Assembly: GCF_009914755.1 (NCBI RefSeq)
Contig: NC_060929.1
DNA from: the human T2T-CHM13v2.0 reference genome, Homo sapiens
Direction: 5' to 3' (one strand)
DNA length: 64,000 bases
The notes below the pieces were generated by a model. That model worked only from the letters and a program-made list of their open reading frames with translations. It had not been told where the DNA came from and did no database searches. Numbering within the stretch: position 1 is the first letter of the stretch; each line of letters starts with the position of its first letter. The translations under genes were made by a program, and so were the position numbers. Shown here piece by piece: positions 47,230-61,403 of the stretch.

Positions 47230-49080
47230 AATAACTAGTTAAAATCATAAGGTTAAAATCTCTGGACATTGTTCTAAATACATTCAACAGGTGAGAAAAC
47301 ATTTAATCAAGAAAGTCTGTAAAATCAATTTAAAGACTGTAAGAGGCTTTGGCACTTGAGCTATAACTGACTCACTCTCTACCCCTACTTACATCTTAGC
47401 ATGATAACTCCACTCTGAGTAAGTATGACCAAAAGAAAGAGCTTCCCCTCCCCACCATCTCTCAGTAAAATTGCTACAGTATCTCCTCATGTAAGAAAGG
47501 CCACTAGCATTCCTAATTTCCTCAACTCTGTGCTGAACAGGCTAAGTTCCAGGTGAGTGACCAAGAGGTCAGTGGTTTCCTTTCTTCACTTAGGAAGAGG
47601 ACTGAAGCTTTACTCTTGAAATAACTGAGAATAATGGGGCCCTGATCATTCTCTCCCCAGAATTCTGGTAGGGAGAAGGTGCCATGCCAGGAGATGTAAG
47701 CAAATAAAAAAAGAGGCTACTGCCCTTACCCAGAACCCTGATGATAAAGGTAGATGTAATTTTTGGAGCAGTGTGCTACTGAGTTCTCTCCCAGCTCCTG
47801 AAAAGTGGCTTGAAGATTTTGTCCAAAGGGACAGGTAGGACATATTAATAAAGCGATCTGAAGCTCTCATCTAAAGAATATAGTTTATTTTGCACAGAAT
47901 ATAGAAAATTCAAGCTTCAGGAGTTCTCAAAAACAATGGAATTTTGGTGGTAAGCAATTAAAAGGAATATGTGTGCCCCATGAGAGCAAAACGCTAAGCC
48001 ATGGCCAGACAGTTTATCTAAGAGGACCAGGGAAGAAAAAACTATGAAGAAAACTCTTGAGACCAGATCAATCTTTAAGACTTGCTTAAAAACCTATCAC
48101 GTATGTAACAAACCTGCACATTGTGCACATGTACCCTAAAACTTAAAGTATAATAAAAAATAAATAAATAAAAAATAAAATAAAATGCTTAAAAAAAAAA
48201 AACCTACCACAGAGAAGGAATCTAAATTTAATTGGATCAGACAGTGGAGGTTTCAGATCATTGTCAGAAACAATAGAGCAATTATTTGGCAATTAGTAGA
48301 GGCTAACAGCTTTTTTAGAAGGCAGTGGCAGATAGCTTGAGAGAGAGAGAGAGAGAGATTAGGAAAAGAGATATTCACAGAAAACCCTGCTGAAACCATT
48401 GTCTTTGTTGTCATTCCATGGTGACTGTGTTCATGTCCAAGGCTGTGCCCTCTGAAGAGTAAACATCAAAGGCTTCGCAATGATTGATAAATAGATTTTA
48501 CTATTTTCAATAGAGCCAAATCACTGAACAAATAAACAAGCAAACAACAGGAAGCCCCAGAAAGACGGGGGATTCAGCTTCTAGTTGTTGTGTATATTAT
48601 ATAAAATGTCCAGCTTTTAATAAATAATTATAATACATGTAAAAAATAATAAAATATGCCACATATCTGGGTAGGTGGGCGGTGAAATAACAAAAACTGT
48701 CCAGGAGAGGATGCAGATGATGGACTTAAAGAACATTTTAAAGCAACTACTAAAAATATTTTTCCATAACTGAGGATACTATTCTTGAAGAAGTAAAGAG
48801 AGATAGGATAACAATGCCTCATCAAATATGTCTTTTATTTTTCATGTGGAGAATATCAATAAAATATTAAAAATAATTTATTTAACTAAATGAAATACTG
48901 GAGTTTCAGAAGACCAACAAGGATAAATAAGACTTGAATGTTATTAACTAACTGGACCTAATAGACTTCTCTAAAACATTCCACTCAACAGGAGCAGAAT
49001 ACACATTATATCAGGTATACATGGAATATTCTTCAGGATAGAACATATGCTAGGCCATACAAAAATCTCAATAAATTTAA
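47230..49080 (+). mobile_element. Old L1M (L1MC/MD-type) 5' region, ORF1 and EN remnants
   Basis: aaatgtccagctttt, ctttaaagcaacta, actggacctaatagac...gcagaatacacatt...catatgctaggccat. Confidence 0.6.
48099..48197 (+). mobile_element. Extremely truncated L1PA 3' tip (~55 bp plus A-rich tail)
   Basis: tatgtaacaaacctgcacattgtgcacatgtaccctaaaacttaaagtataataaaa; flanking repeat AAAAACCTAYCAC. Confidence 0.9.
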
Positions 49081-49710
49081 AATGATTATTTTGTATAATT
49101 GGAATTATGCAATATATGACCTAATATGGCTGGCGTCTTTTGCTTAGCATGTTTACTATATTTTACTATGTTGTAGCAATAACAGTACTACATTTTATAT
49201 GAATGATAAATGTTATTTATCTCAGTGATATTTCATAGTTTAAAGTCTAAATGATATTTCATTGTTTGGAGACATTATATTTTGCTTATCTATTTAGCTT
49301 TCTCTATGTCCCCCATTTAAGCTGTTATCACAAATTACATCTTTATACATTGTGCTTCCATTAAACCACATTTATAATTATTTGCATTTGTCCTTAAAAT
49401 CAGAAAGGAGACAAAAAGAAAGTAAAAACAAAAAATACACTTAAACTGTCCCTCATTTTTACCCATGCAGTTTCTTTACTTGCTGTTTTTTATTTCTTCA
49501 TATGGAGTTGAGTTAGTGTCTATTGTTCTTCATTTCAGCCTGAAGGACCTTCGTTTCCACTTGGTAGGAAGTTCTGCCACCAGTGGTCTTTCTCTATTTT
49601 TGTTTATCTGAGAATATCCTCATTTCTCTTTCATTTTTGAAGATAGTTTTACCAGATACAGAATTTTTATTTGACAAGATTTTTGTTTGTTTTGTTTATT
49701 TTGTTTTTGA

Positions 49711-50158
<448 letters not shown>

Positions 50159-50702
50159 TGAGTCACTTCTGTTGTGTTGTTTTCAAGATCTGTGTCTTTG
50201 ACTTCTGATTGTGTGATTGTGATGTGTGTCTCAGCGTAGATCTCTCTGAGTTTATTCTACTTGGTGTCTATAAGACTTGTATTAATTAATTTTATATCAT
50301 ATTTGAGCAGTTTAAACCATCGTTTCTTCAATGTTTCTTCCTTCCCTTTCCTTCCCTTCCCATTAAGCATATATTAGCATGATTGAAGATGTTCCACAGG
50401 TCTCTGAGGTTCTATTTATTTTTCTTTATCCTTTTCTTTCTGTTCCTTAACCTGAATAATCTCAATCAACCACGATTTTGTTTCACTGACTCTATTAATT
50501 TGTCTTTTTTTTTTTCTGTGTCTGGGCCATATTTTATTATTTCTTTGCATGTCTTGTAAATGTTTTGTTAAGAATCAAACCTTTTAAATAATATACTGTG
50601 GTAACCGTAAATATGATTCTCTCCCCACCCCATGATTTTCTCACTGTAGCTGCATTTTGTAGCTTTATTGTTCATTTGTTTAGTGACTTCCTCAGTGAAT
50701 TT

Positions 50703-50704
<2 letters not shown>

Positions 50705-50760
<56 letters not shown>
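50705..50760. repeat. Uninterrupted poly(T)56
   Basis: Seen directly. Confidence 0.97.
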
Positions 50761-50763
<3 letters not shown>

Positions 50764-51694
50764 ATGTATGACCCTTCAAGCCTCTGTTCCCTCAGTTTAG
50801 TAGTTAGCTAATGTTTGGACAGAGAATTTCTTAAGTGTCTAGAACCAAAAATTCTTTCAGTCTTTGCTTATATCCTCTCTGTGGCAGGGAATAGCTGACT
50901 ATGTCCTAGCTTTCACTTTTGGCTTCTGTGAAGTCTCAAGGTCACCTAGACCTGAGAGCTTAGGGCCTCCTCTTATATTTCTTGACATGCACACAGCCCT
51001 GACCATACATGTGGCCTTATAGATTCCTAGGAATATAATTGAGCATTTTAAAACCTTTACAGACATCTTATTTCACAGTCTTTTCTCCCAAGCTTTGCCT
51101 AAGGCTTCAGCAATGTAATCAGCTGGTAAGTATTTTTGACAAATGTTCATCTGGCCCTGGAAACAGCTTTGCCACTAGAGCTAGTTTCCAGTTAGACAAA
51201 ATAAAGACAGGCCCTTTAAGCCAATCTTCCAGGAACCACCAGATGGGTCAAAATGTATAAATTAAAATTCTTTATGAATGAAGTATTTTGTTTACTATAT
51301 GCATTATATTACAAAGAATGTACACTGTTATTTTCATGGATACTGCTGAGCAAGAGAGCAAAGGATAGGCCTCGGGTGAGTTAAAACATCACAAAGTTTT
51401 CTATCATTACTGAGAGTTAGCAATTTTTAAAATTAACATTCTCTGGAATGTTAATTTTGGATAATTTCCAGAGTTCTGAAAAAGTTGACTTTTGATAGTT
51501 TTGTTCTTTTTTATTGCTTTCATGGAAGAGCAATATTTGGAGGTCCTTACTCTACAATCTTTGCTTATTTCATAATTCAATTGATTTTTGAGTAAGAGTG
51601 CCAAGACTATTAAATGAGTAAAAGGATAATCTTTTTAACAACTGTTACTGGGAAAACAGGATGTCCTCATGCAAAATAATAAAGTTGGACCTCT

Positions 51695-52001
<307 letters not shown>

Positions 52002-52663
52002 AAAGTTGGACTTCTTTCTCATGATACTCAAAATGTATCATAGATATAAAAGTAAGAGTTAAAACTATAAAAGTCTTAGGAGAAAATTTAGAGATAAACT
52101 TTTTGTGTCCTTGAGCTAGGCAAAGTTTTCTTAAACATGACATTTAAAGCACAAGCAAGAAAAGATAAATAAGTAAATAAATTAGGGTGGTCTGCATTAC
52201 ATTTTCTTGTGCTTCAAAAGTTACCATCAAGAACATGAAAGACAACCAAAGAGTAGGTAACAATGTTTGCAAATTACATATCTGATAAGGAATTTGAATT
52301 CAGAATATAAAAAATAATTTTTAAATTTAAATCATGAGACATGCCATAGCACAAAAGTTGTAACGGACCTTTTTTTCCAAAAAGGATAAACAAGTTACCA
52401 ATAAACATATTAAAACAGTCACAGCATCATTAAGCAGGGAAATGCAAATCAAAGCCACAATGAAATGCTATTTAATACTTATTTGGATGGCTATAATAAA
52501 AAATAATAAAAAGTGTTGGTGTGGATGTGGAGAAAATGGAGCTCTCCTACATTGTTGGTAAGAATGAAAAAGACTTTATTCACTTTGGAAAAGTGTTGGT
52601 AGGTCCTCCAAAGGTTAAACACAGAGATGATATACCATCTAGCAATTTCACTTAGATATATAC

Positions 52664-53027
52664 TGATATGATTTCATTCTGTGTCCCCACCCAAATCTCA
52701 TCACGAATTGTAATCCCCATGTGTAAGGTGAGGTACCTGGTGGGAGGTGATTGATTGGATCATGAGGATGGATTTCTCCTATGCTGTTCTCACGATAGTG
52801 AGTTCTCATGAGAGCTGATGGTTTTAAAGTGTGGCACTCCCAACATGGCTCTCTGTCTCTCTCCTGCCACCATGTAAGACATACCTTCCTTCCCCTTCAC
52901 CTTCCGCTGTTAGGTTTCCTGAGGCCTCTCCAACCATGTGGAACTGTGACTCAATTAAACCACTTTTCTTTATAACTTACCTGGTTTCACGTACTTCTTT
53001 ACAGCAGTGTGAAAATGGACTAATACA
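52664..53027 (+). mobile_element. Solo MaLR LTR, THE1D/MSTA-like
   Basis: TGATATG...ctgtgtccccacccaaatctcat...ggactaatACA; 4/5 TSD TATAC/TATAG. Confidence 0.9.
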
Positions 53028-53649
53028 TATAGCAAATATAAGTAAAACATATATCCATAAAAAAACTTGTGTACAATGCTCAGAGTAGCATTGCTTATAA
53101 TGGCCAGTTAGTGTCAACAATCCAATTTCTAGAAACTGATAAATTAATAAACAAAATATGGTATATCCATACAAGAAAATACCATTCAGCCATAAAAAAA
53201 TGTGAGTGTTGTTAATGATATAACATAAATGAACCTAGAAAACTTCATGTTAAGTGAAAGAGGCAAGGTATGAAAGACCACATAATGTTCAATTTCATTT
53301 ATATGAAATTTATGAAATGTATAGACAAATCTATAGAAACAAATTAGATTAGTGTCTGTCTAGTGTTGGAGAGTTGGGGTAAAATGGGGAATGACTGCTA
53401 ATTGACCTGGACTTTTTTTCTTTTTTATGTAGTAAAACTTTTCTAAAAGTGAATGTGGTGATTACACATCTCTGTGAATATACTGCATAATATTGAATTG
53501 TACATTTTAAGGGGAACTATATACTATGTGATAACTAAATAAAATGTCATGCAGTAAAAATCTGCAATGTCAATGTCATGCAAATAAAAAATCTGCAGAA
53601 ATGTGCAGATTCAGGTATTTACAATTGTTGATTTTATCCTGAAGACACT

Positions 53650-53825
53650 TCCCTTGTGTAATACCATAGCTAACCTTCTTTTAGCTGTTATATTTCCACT
53701 TAAACTTCCCTTCAGCAAATGAGTCTTCTTTGACCATTCTATCAAAACAAAAAAATGCTCCGCATCTTGCCACTACTCTAGCCTTTCTTATGATGCTTTA
53801 ATTTCCTTTACATTTCCATTACCTG
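53650..53825 (+). mobile_element. Degraded L2 3' fragment
   Basis: tcttctttgaccattctatcaaaa...tgctttaatttcctt...cattacctga. Confidence 0.4.
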
Positions 53826-53849
53826 ATATTATATCAAATATTATATCAA

Positions 53850-53878
53850 ATTACAGGCACGAGCCACCGCACCTGGCC
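53850..53878 (-). mobile_element. Isolated 29-bp Alu 5' end
   Basis: attacaggcacgagccaccgcacctggcc is the reverse complement of Alu nt 1-29. Confidence 0.85.
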
Positions 53879-56555
53879 AAAACATTTAATTTATATATAC
53901 TATATATGCATGCATACAATACATACACACATGTGTGTTTATGTGTATGTGTTTGTGTATCTTGAAATAATTCGAATATGTACTGAATTTCTGTGCTGAA
54001 TTAAAGTGTCCTGGGACAAATGAAAATATTACTCAAACCTAAGTTTAGTTTTTTTAGTCTGCAATTTGTCTAATTGCAAAAAACTAATTCATGTATACAT
54101 TTACATTGTATTGTAGTTATATAGAATATATAGAATATAAAGATTTTTTCAACATAAATCTCTTTGTTCTCTTGACTTTTAATATTATTACTGCTTACTA
54201 TTCCTTTAAGAAGAACAAATGTTGAAATTGATTAAATGTCTTAAAAAAGCAAGCTATGTATAAATGCACATGTGACTAGTGAAGACATATTTCAATTAGG
54301 AAACTGATACTAATATCAACTGACACGATGCTCTTGGAATCTCTCTCATACTGTAATGCTTGTAGTAGTTGACCCCAACTAGGACATTCATTTGTATAGA
54401 TCATGCTTCTGATTATTTAGCAATATAAAATATTTAGGAATTTTTAATAATCTGTTTGTGCTTGATGTTGGTGGATGTGTTTGAATAACTTTGTTTTATG
54501 AAGATTGTCGGTACCAATAAATAATTTTCAAGTGTGAAGTCTTGACAACCATTTTATTCATCTTTTCAATCAAATGCAAAACTCAGTTGTACCAATATCT
54601 TTTAATTGCTTGGCCAAAAGTAGCAAACATCTGCTCATACACAAGGTGATTCTGAATTAGTAACCAAAATAAATAATGCTTTGTATTTTCAGATGCCACA
54701 TGATTCAGCAGGTTGAATATATCTGTGTTATATATCAAAAGACCACAGTTTTATGAGAAATTGGCATAGTGCTATCAAAAGTGCTGTTTCTGTTCTTGAA
54801 TGAGTAAAATGTTTTTTTAAATCTTAAATTTGTATCTACACGCATGCACGAATATAATAAATTCATAGAATGCTATGTGTGGGGGAATTTGCTATATTGC
54901 TAACAGCTATGTTTGTGAAAGTAAAGATTCCAAAGCATGTAAGTTTAGATATCAAAATGTTTTCTAGGTAGGTTTTGAAAATATGACTTGCAAATGTTTG
55001 CACAAGTTAGTTTACTTCTTTTATCATTATAGACTTGTTTTATAGCAGCTGATCATGAAAAAGAAAGACTTCAATTTAGTTAAGCATGTTTTTTTCTTCA
55101 GCATGTATTATTCATAATAAAGAATATTCTTCAGATGAAGTAATTTCATCGTGTTATATAATACAGCAAGGCTTTAAAGAAAGTCTTGCTGCATCGGTGT
55201 TAGTTTTTTTATGAATAGAAATGGATATCTAACATAAAGTCTAGCTTAATAAGAATTGAAATCTTTGGTGAAACTGCTATTATTGAAACTTTTACCTAGA
55301 ATTTACTACAGTTATGAGTAAACATCATATACTAAGATATACTTATATTCTGATAATGTAATAGAATATTCCAGCTAGAGATGGAAGAGCATAAACCAAA
55401 AAAATGGTTCTAATGTAAGAAACATAAACTAGAGAGAATAAATCATCAGCCGTATTCCCAGAGCTTTTCATCCAAAGCACGCTTTTTCTTTTGTTGAAAC
55501 TGAGATTATTATTGGTTTATTTTGATCACGCCAGCTTTGTGATAAGGATCTCTTCAATTTAAATTATTCTTGAGTAAATGAAAGACTATGCTGCCTATAT
55601 AATATATTCAGAAACCATAGAAAACATTGTAAACTCTTTATAAGCTATAAATATTTGTATTTATAACTTGTAGTTAATTTCTTTCCATGCAAAATATTTT
55701 GTGATTGACTTTGCTACTTAAATTTCTTAGGCTATAACTGAATTGTAATTCCATACATATTAATAAAAAAGGCCAGCATTTTATACCTATTAAATTAACC
55801 AAATTGTAGCAATAATCTTAATGTAAAATAGTTTACAGTATACTCCATATGTCTCTAAGATGCTGTTTTGTAGAAAATACAATAGAACATATTTGAAATC
55901 ATAAGCTTATTTGCCCTTTGGAGCTAATATAAAACAAGTAGAAGCATAGGTTTATCACTTGAGCTTATCATATTTATTTGAGGTAATATTGATATTAAAA
56001 ATCTAATTATTCAATGGCAGAAGCCATGAATAAGTTAAATTTTCTTTACTTGCTATTCCATGTTTGTTAAAATAAAAACTATAAAGTTTGTTTAGGAAAA
56101 TGAAAATGTATATAATAAAAAAATAAAGCAAACAGGATGTTCTTAGATTGCCTTACTTATTCGACTAAAAAGGTCTTCTCTTTCTTCAGGACACAGGCTT
56201 TAACCTTAGGGACTGTTTAACTGTAGTTTTGCATTTTCACATGGGTAATTTAGTTTAATATGCTTGCTCTGAGTTAGAACAGTTTTTATAAATATTACAG
56301 AGTTTTATTTTATATTTCTTGGCTGAGTAAATGTTTCTACTATAGGATGTAAAATATACAATTTGGCATAGTGTGAATACACTCCAAAATATCATGTGCT
56401 TTTGTGGTGAAATTACTCATCAAAGTGATGAGTATTCATAATTTTTGTAATAGCCTGCATTAGAAATTTATTTGCACTAGCCCCTCTTTGTTCTTTTATA
56501 CACCAAATAATATCCAGCTTTTCTGGTTAAACTGCTGTCTTTTCTTGTTTATGAA

Positions 56556-57030
56556 TGTATCAGTTTCCTATGGTTGCTATAATAATTTATCCCATACTAG
56601 GTGGATTAAATCAATATAAATATATCCTCTCACAGAGTCTAGATGTTCACAGTCCAAAATCTGGCAGGATTGCGTTCCTTTAGGTGACCTGGAAGAGACT
56701 CCATTCCTTACCTCTTCCCATTTTTGGTAGCTGCCAGAATATAACTCGTAGGTATATCACTCCAATCTCTGCCTCCGTCTGCACATTGCCTTCTCTTCTG
56801 TGTGTCTTCTCTAAACTTCCTTTGCCTCTCTCTCATAAGGATATCTGTGATTGCATTTACACCCCACCCCAAGAATCCCGAAAAAGCCCTTACTGTCAAA
56901 AGACATAATTCAATCACATCTTTTGTTATATAAGGTAGTAGTCACCCTTCTGTCACAGTATGTGATATTGTCTGAGACTCTAATATAGACTTTTTTTTTC
57001 TTGGAGGAGAGCACCATTTAGCCTGCTATG
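56556..57030 (-). mobile_element. MLT1C-like solo MaLR LTR
   Basis: tgtatcagtttcctatggttgctataa...atcactccaatctctgcctccgtct...aatcacatct. Confidence 0.8.
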
Positions 57031-57335
57031 ATGACCAATTTTATTTTCCAACATGTGCTTTGAGGGCATTATATCAGGACCTATCTACTCTTATGCACAG
57101 ACTAAACCAACCAAATATATTAAACCAGTGTATTAGGAAATTCATGCTTTATTGAATAGTTAAAAATTTGCCTGCATTTGCAAACACAGAAATCGCTACA
57201 TTAACATAATTCCTTTCACTTCATAACAATATCATTCTGCAATGCCTGCTTCTTCCACCCTTACTACATTTTATGCTATGGAAAGTTGCCAACTTCTCTA
57301 TGCTCAAATACAACATCTACAGAACATGACAAGGT

Positions 57336-57502
57336 ATGGATTAGTTCTCAGCAGTTTTTACAGCAAATTATCACAACTTGGGTGGTTTCAAAACACAGAA
57401 ATTTATTTTCCATAGTTCAATTAGACAGGTGTTCAAAATCAACATGCTCCCTCCAGAATCTATGGGAGAGAATCTGTTCCTTACTTTATCTTCTCTAGTT
57501 TC
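57336..57502 (-). mobile_element. MLT1 LTR fragment (truncated)
   Basis: caaattatcacaacttgggtggtttcaaaacacagaaatttatt...atgctccctc...gggagagaatctgttcctt. Confidence 0.7.
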
Positions 57503-57656
57503 ATCCTGTCACCATGTAAGAAGTGTCTTTTGCCTTGTGCCATGAGGCCACCTCAGCCACATGGAACTGTGAGTCCATTAAACAAACATGTTTTTCTTTA
57601 TAAATTACCCAGTCTTGGGTATATCTTTATCAGAAGAATACAAACACACTAATACA
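57503..57656 (+). mobile_element. THE1 LTR 3' half
   Basis: ccatgtaagaagtg...cagccacatggaactgtgagtccattaaac...taaattacccagtcttgggtat...ctaataca. Confidence 0.85.
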
Positions 57657-60600
57657 GCAATTTTAAAGATACTGATTCTTCAAATCCATGAGCATGGGAT
57701 GTTTTCCCATTTATTGGTGCCATCTCTGATTTCTTTCAGCAGTGTTTTGTAGTTCACCTTGTACAGATCTTTCACTTCCTTGTTTATCAGTATTTCTAGG
57801 TATTTCATTGTCTTTGTGGTTATTGTAAGTAGGATTGTGTTCTTGATTTGATCCTCAGCTTGGATGTTGTTGGTGTATGGAAATGCTACTGGCTTTTATA
57901 CATTGATTTTTGTATCCTGAAACCTCACTAAATTATTTATCAGTTCTAGTAGCCTTTTGGCAAGGTCTTCAGGATTTTCTAGGTATAGAATCATATAACT
58001 GGTGAAGATAGTTTGACTTCTTCCTTTCCTTTTTGGGTGCCTTCTATTTCTTTCTCTTATCTGATTGCTCTGGTTAGCACTTCCAGAAGTATGTTGAATA
58101 AGAGTGGTGAAAGAGGCATCCTTGTCTTGTTCCAGTTCTCAAAGAAAATAATTCCAGTGTTTATCCATTCAGTATGATGTTGCTTGTGGGTTTGTCATAA
58201 ATGGATATTATTATTTTGAGATATGATCTTACGTTTCTAGTCACTCAAGGTTTTTTTTATTATTATGAATGGATCTTGGATATCATTGAAAGCTTTCTTT
58301 GCATCTATTGAGATGATCATAGAGTTTTTGTTTTTAATTCTGTTTAGATGGTGAATATTTATTGATTTGTATATGTTTTACCAGCCTTGCATCCTAGGAA
58401 TAAATCCTGCTTGATTGTAGTATATTTAGTCTTTAATATACTACATTCAGTGTGCTAGTGTTTTGCTAAGAATTATTGTGCCTGTGTTCTTCAGGAATAT
58501 TGGCCTGAAGTTTTCTTTTTTTTTAATTGTGTCTGCCAGATTTTGGTGTTAGACTAATGCTGGCTTCGTAGAAAGAATAACAGAAAAGCCACTCCTCCAC
58601 AGTTTTTTGGAATATTTTCAGTAGGATTGGTAGCAGTTCTTTGTACACCTGGCAGAATTCAGCTGTGAATTCATCTGGTTCAGGACTTTTTTTGGTTGGT
58701 AGAATTTTTATTACTGATTCAATTTCAGAGCTCAATATTGGTCTACTCAGTGTTTGAATCCCTTTCTGATTAAATCTTCGGCAATTCTTTCTGGAAATTA
58801 CCCATTTTCTCTAGGTTTTCTAATAGGTATGCTTAGAGTTATTCATAGTATTCTGAGGATCTTTTGTATTTCTGTGGCATCAGTTATGTCATGTTTATCA
58901 GGTATGATTGTACTTATTTGGATCTTCTCTTTTTTTGTGAGTCTATGTAGGGGTCTTTTAATCTTGTTTATTTTTTGAAAAAACAACTCTTGGTTTTATT
59001 GATCTTTTGTATGGATTTTTGCATCTCAGTTTCATTCAGTTCTTCCCTAATTTTAGTTATTTGTTTTCTTCTGATAGCTCTTAGGTTGTTTCCTTCTTTT
59101 TTTTCCTAGTTCCTATAGGTACAAAATTAAATTACTAATTTGAGATATTTCTAACACTCAATCAAGGCATTTTAGGGCTATAAACTTTCCTCTTAACACT
59201 GCTTTAGCTGCATCTCAGAGGTTCTGGTAGGTTATGTCTCTATTAATGCAAATAATTTTTTGATTTCCGCTCTAATTTCAAGGTTCATCCATGAGTTATT
59301 TAGGGGGAAATGTTTTAATTTTCGTGAATTTTTGTACTTTTGAGAGATCTTCTTGAAATTCATTTATATTTTTAATGCACGATGGTTTGAGAGTGTGCTT
59401 GCTATGATTCAAATTGTTTTGAATTTGTTGAGACTGTTTATGAACAAGAAAGTGGTCAATCTTAGAATACATTCTATGTGGAGATGAGAAGAATGTCCAT
59501 TCTGTGGATGTTGAGAGGAGTGTTCTGTAGATGTCTACTAGGTCTATTTGCTCAGATGTCAAATCTAAGTCCAGAATTTCTTTGTCAGTTTTCTGCCTCA
59601 ATGATGTACCTGGCACTGCCAGTGGGTTGTTGAAGTCTCCCAGTCACAGATATTTGTGATTATCTAAGTCTTTTTATAGTCCAAGAATACTTGTTTTATG
59701 AATCTTGATGTTCCAGTGTTGGGTGCATAGAAATTTAGGTATTTAGGCTAGTTAAATAAAAGTGTTCTTGTTGGATTTTACCCTTTACATTATGTAACGT
59801 TTCTTTTTTTGTCCATCTTTAATTTTTATTCTTCTAAAATATGTTTCATATTATTTAAGAATAGTGACTCTTGCTCTTTTTGTTTTCCATTTACATGGCA
59901 GATCTTACTGCATACCTTTATTTTGGGCATGAGGGTGTTAATATATAAATTTTCTTGAAGATTAAAGATAGTTGCATCTTATATTTTTATCCACCTTGCC
60001 ACTCTATGTCTTTTAAGTGGGGCATTTAACCCATTTAAATTCAGGGTTAGTATTGATATGTGACATTTTGATGATGTCATTTTGTTGTTAGCTTGTTTTA
60101 TATTGGCTTGATTGTGTAATTGCTTTCTAGTGCCTGTGGCCTATGTACTTATGTGTGATTTTGTTTTGTTGTTGTGTTTTGTAGCAGATGTTGTTCTTTC
60201 AATTCTATGTTTAGAACTTCTTTTAGGATCTCTTGTAAGGCTTGTCTGTTTGGATTGTATTCCCTCAGCATTTTTCTGTCTGAGAAGAACGGTGTTTCTC
60301 CTTCACTTATGAAACTTAGTTTGGAAGGATATAAAATTCTTGGTTGTATTTTATTTTTATAGGACAATGAAAATAGGTCCCCATTCTCTTCTTCCTTGTA
60401 GGGGTTCTGCTGAGAGGTCTACTGCCAGCCTGATTAGGTTCCCTCTGTAGATGACACTTCTCTCTAGCTGTCTTTCGATTCTTTCTCTTCCATTGACTTT
60501 TTAAAATCTGATGGCTATGTGCCTTGGGGATGGTCATCTTGTATAGTATCTCACTGCAGTTCTCTGTATTTCTTGGATTTGCGTGTCAACTTATCTACCT

Positions 60601-60795
60601 AAATTAGGAAATATTTTGTGGACTACATCCTCAAATATATTTTTTCAAGTTGTTTATTCTCTCTTCTTATCTCTCAGGAATGGCAATAAATTGTGGATTT
60701 GGTATCTTATTCTCATATTTATTCCAGATTTTGTTTTCACTTTCTGAATTCATTTTTTTTATTTTCTTTGACTGGGTTGATTTGAAGAACTGGTC
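57657..60795 (-). mobile_element. Older primate L1 (L1PA16/17-like) ORF1-ORF2 segment, inverted relative to its 3' end
   Basis: Minus-strand ORF fragments match ORF2p (EIESVIKILPTKKSPEPDEFTAEF, SKIDH) and ORF1p (QPRILYPSKLSFISEGE). Confidence 0.88.
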
Positions 60796-60797
60796 TT

Positions 60798-61403
60798 TGA
60801 TGCTGGCAAGTCTGTGGAGAAAAAGAAATGTCTATACACTGTTGGTGGGAATGTGCATTAGTTCGATCACTGTGGAAAGTAGTTTAGAGATTTTTCAAAG
60901 AACTTAGAACTGCCATTTGATTTAGCAATCCATTTACTATGTATATACCCAAAGGAATAGACACATGCACTCATTCATTTAAAACTGCACTATTCACAAA
61001 TAGCAAAAAAATGTAATCAACCTAGGTGCACATCAACAGTGGATTAAATAAAGAAAATGTAGTAGGTACATATATACTATGAAATATTACACAGACATAA
61101 AAAAATGAAATAATGTACTTTCTAACAACATGGATAGCGCTGGAGGCCATAATCCTAAGCAAACTCAGTAACAGATAAGCAAAGTCTGAACATTTGCACT
61201 TTAAGTAGGAGCTAAACATTGAGCAACTGCAGACATAAATATGGAACTAATACATACTGCAAGCTACTAGAGTGGGGAGGAAGGGAGAGCATGGGTTGAA
61301 AAACTACCTATTGAGCACTATGCTCAATACTGTAGTGCAATATATTCATGGAACAAACCTGCCACATATACTTCCTGTACCTAAAATGAAAGTTGAGGAA
61401 AAA
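60798..61403 (+). mobile_element. L1PA16/17-like 3' end
   Basis: gatgctggcaag...cactgttggtgggaatg...ggagctaaacattgag...gttgaaaaactacctattg...ctaaaatgaaagttga. Confidence 0.85.

Noticed and set aside
50568-50765. Poly-lysine ORF
   Set aside because: Translation of the poly(T) run on the opposite strand
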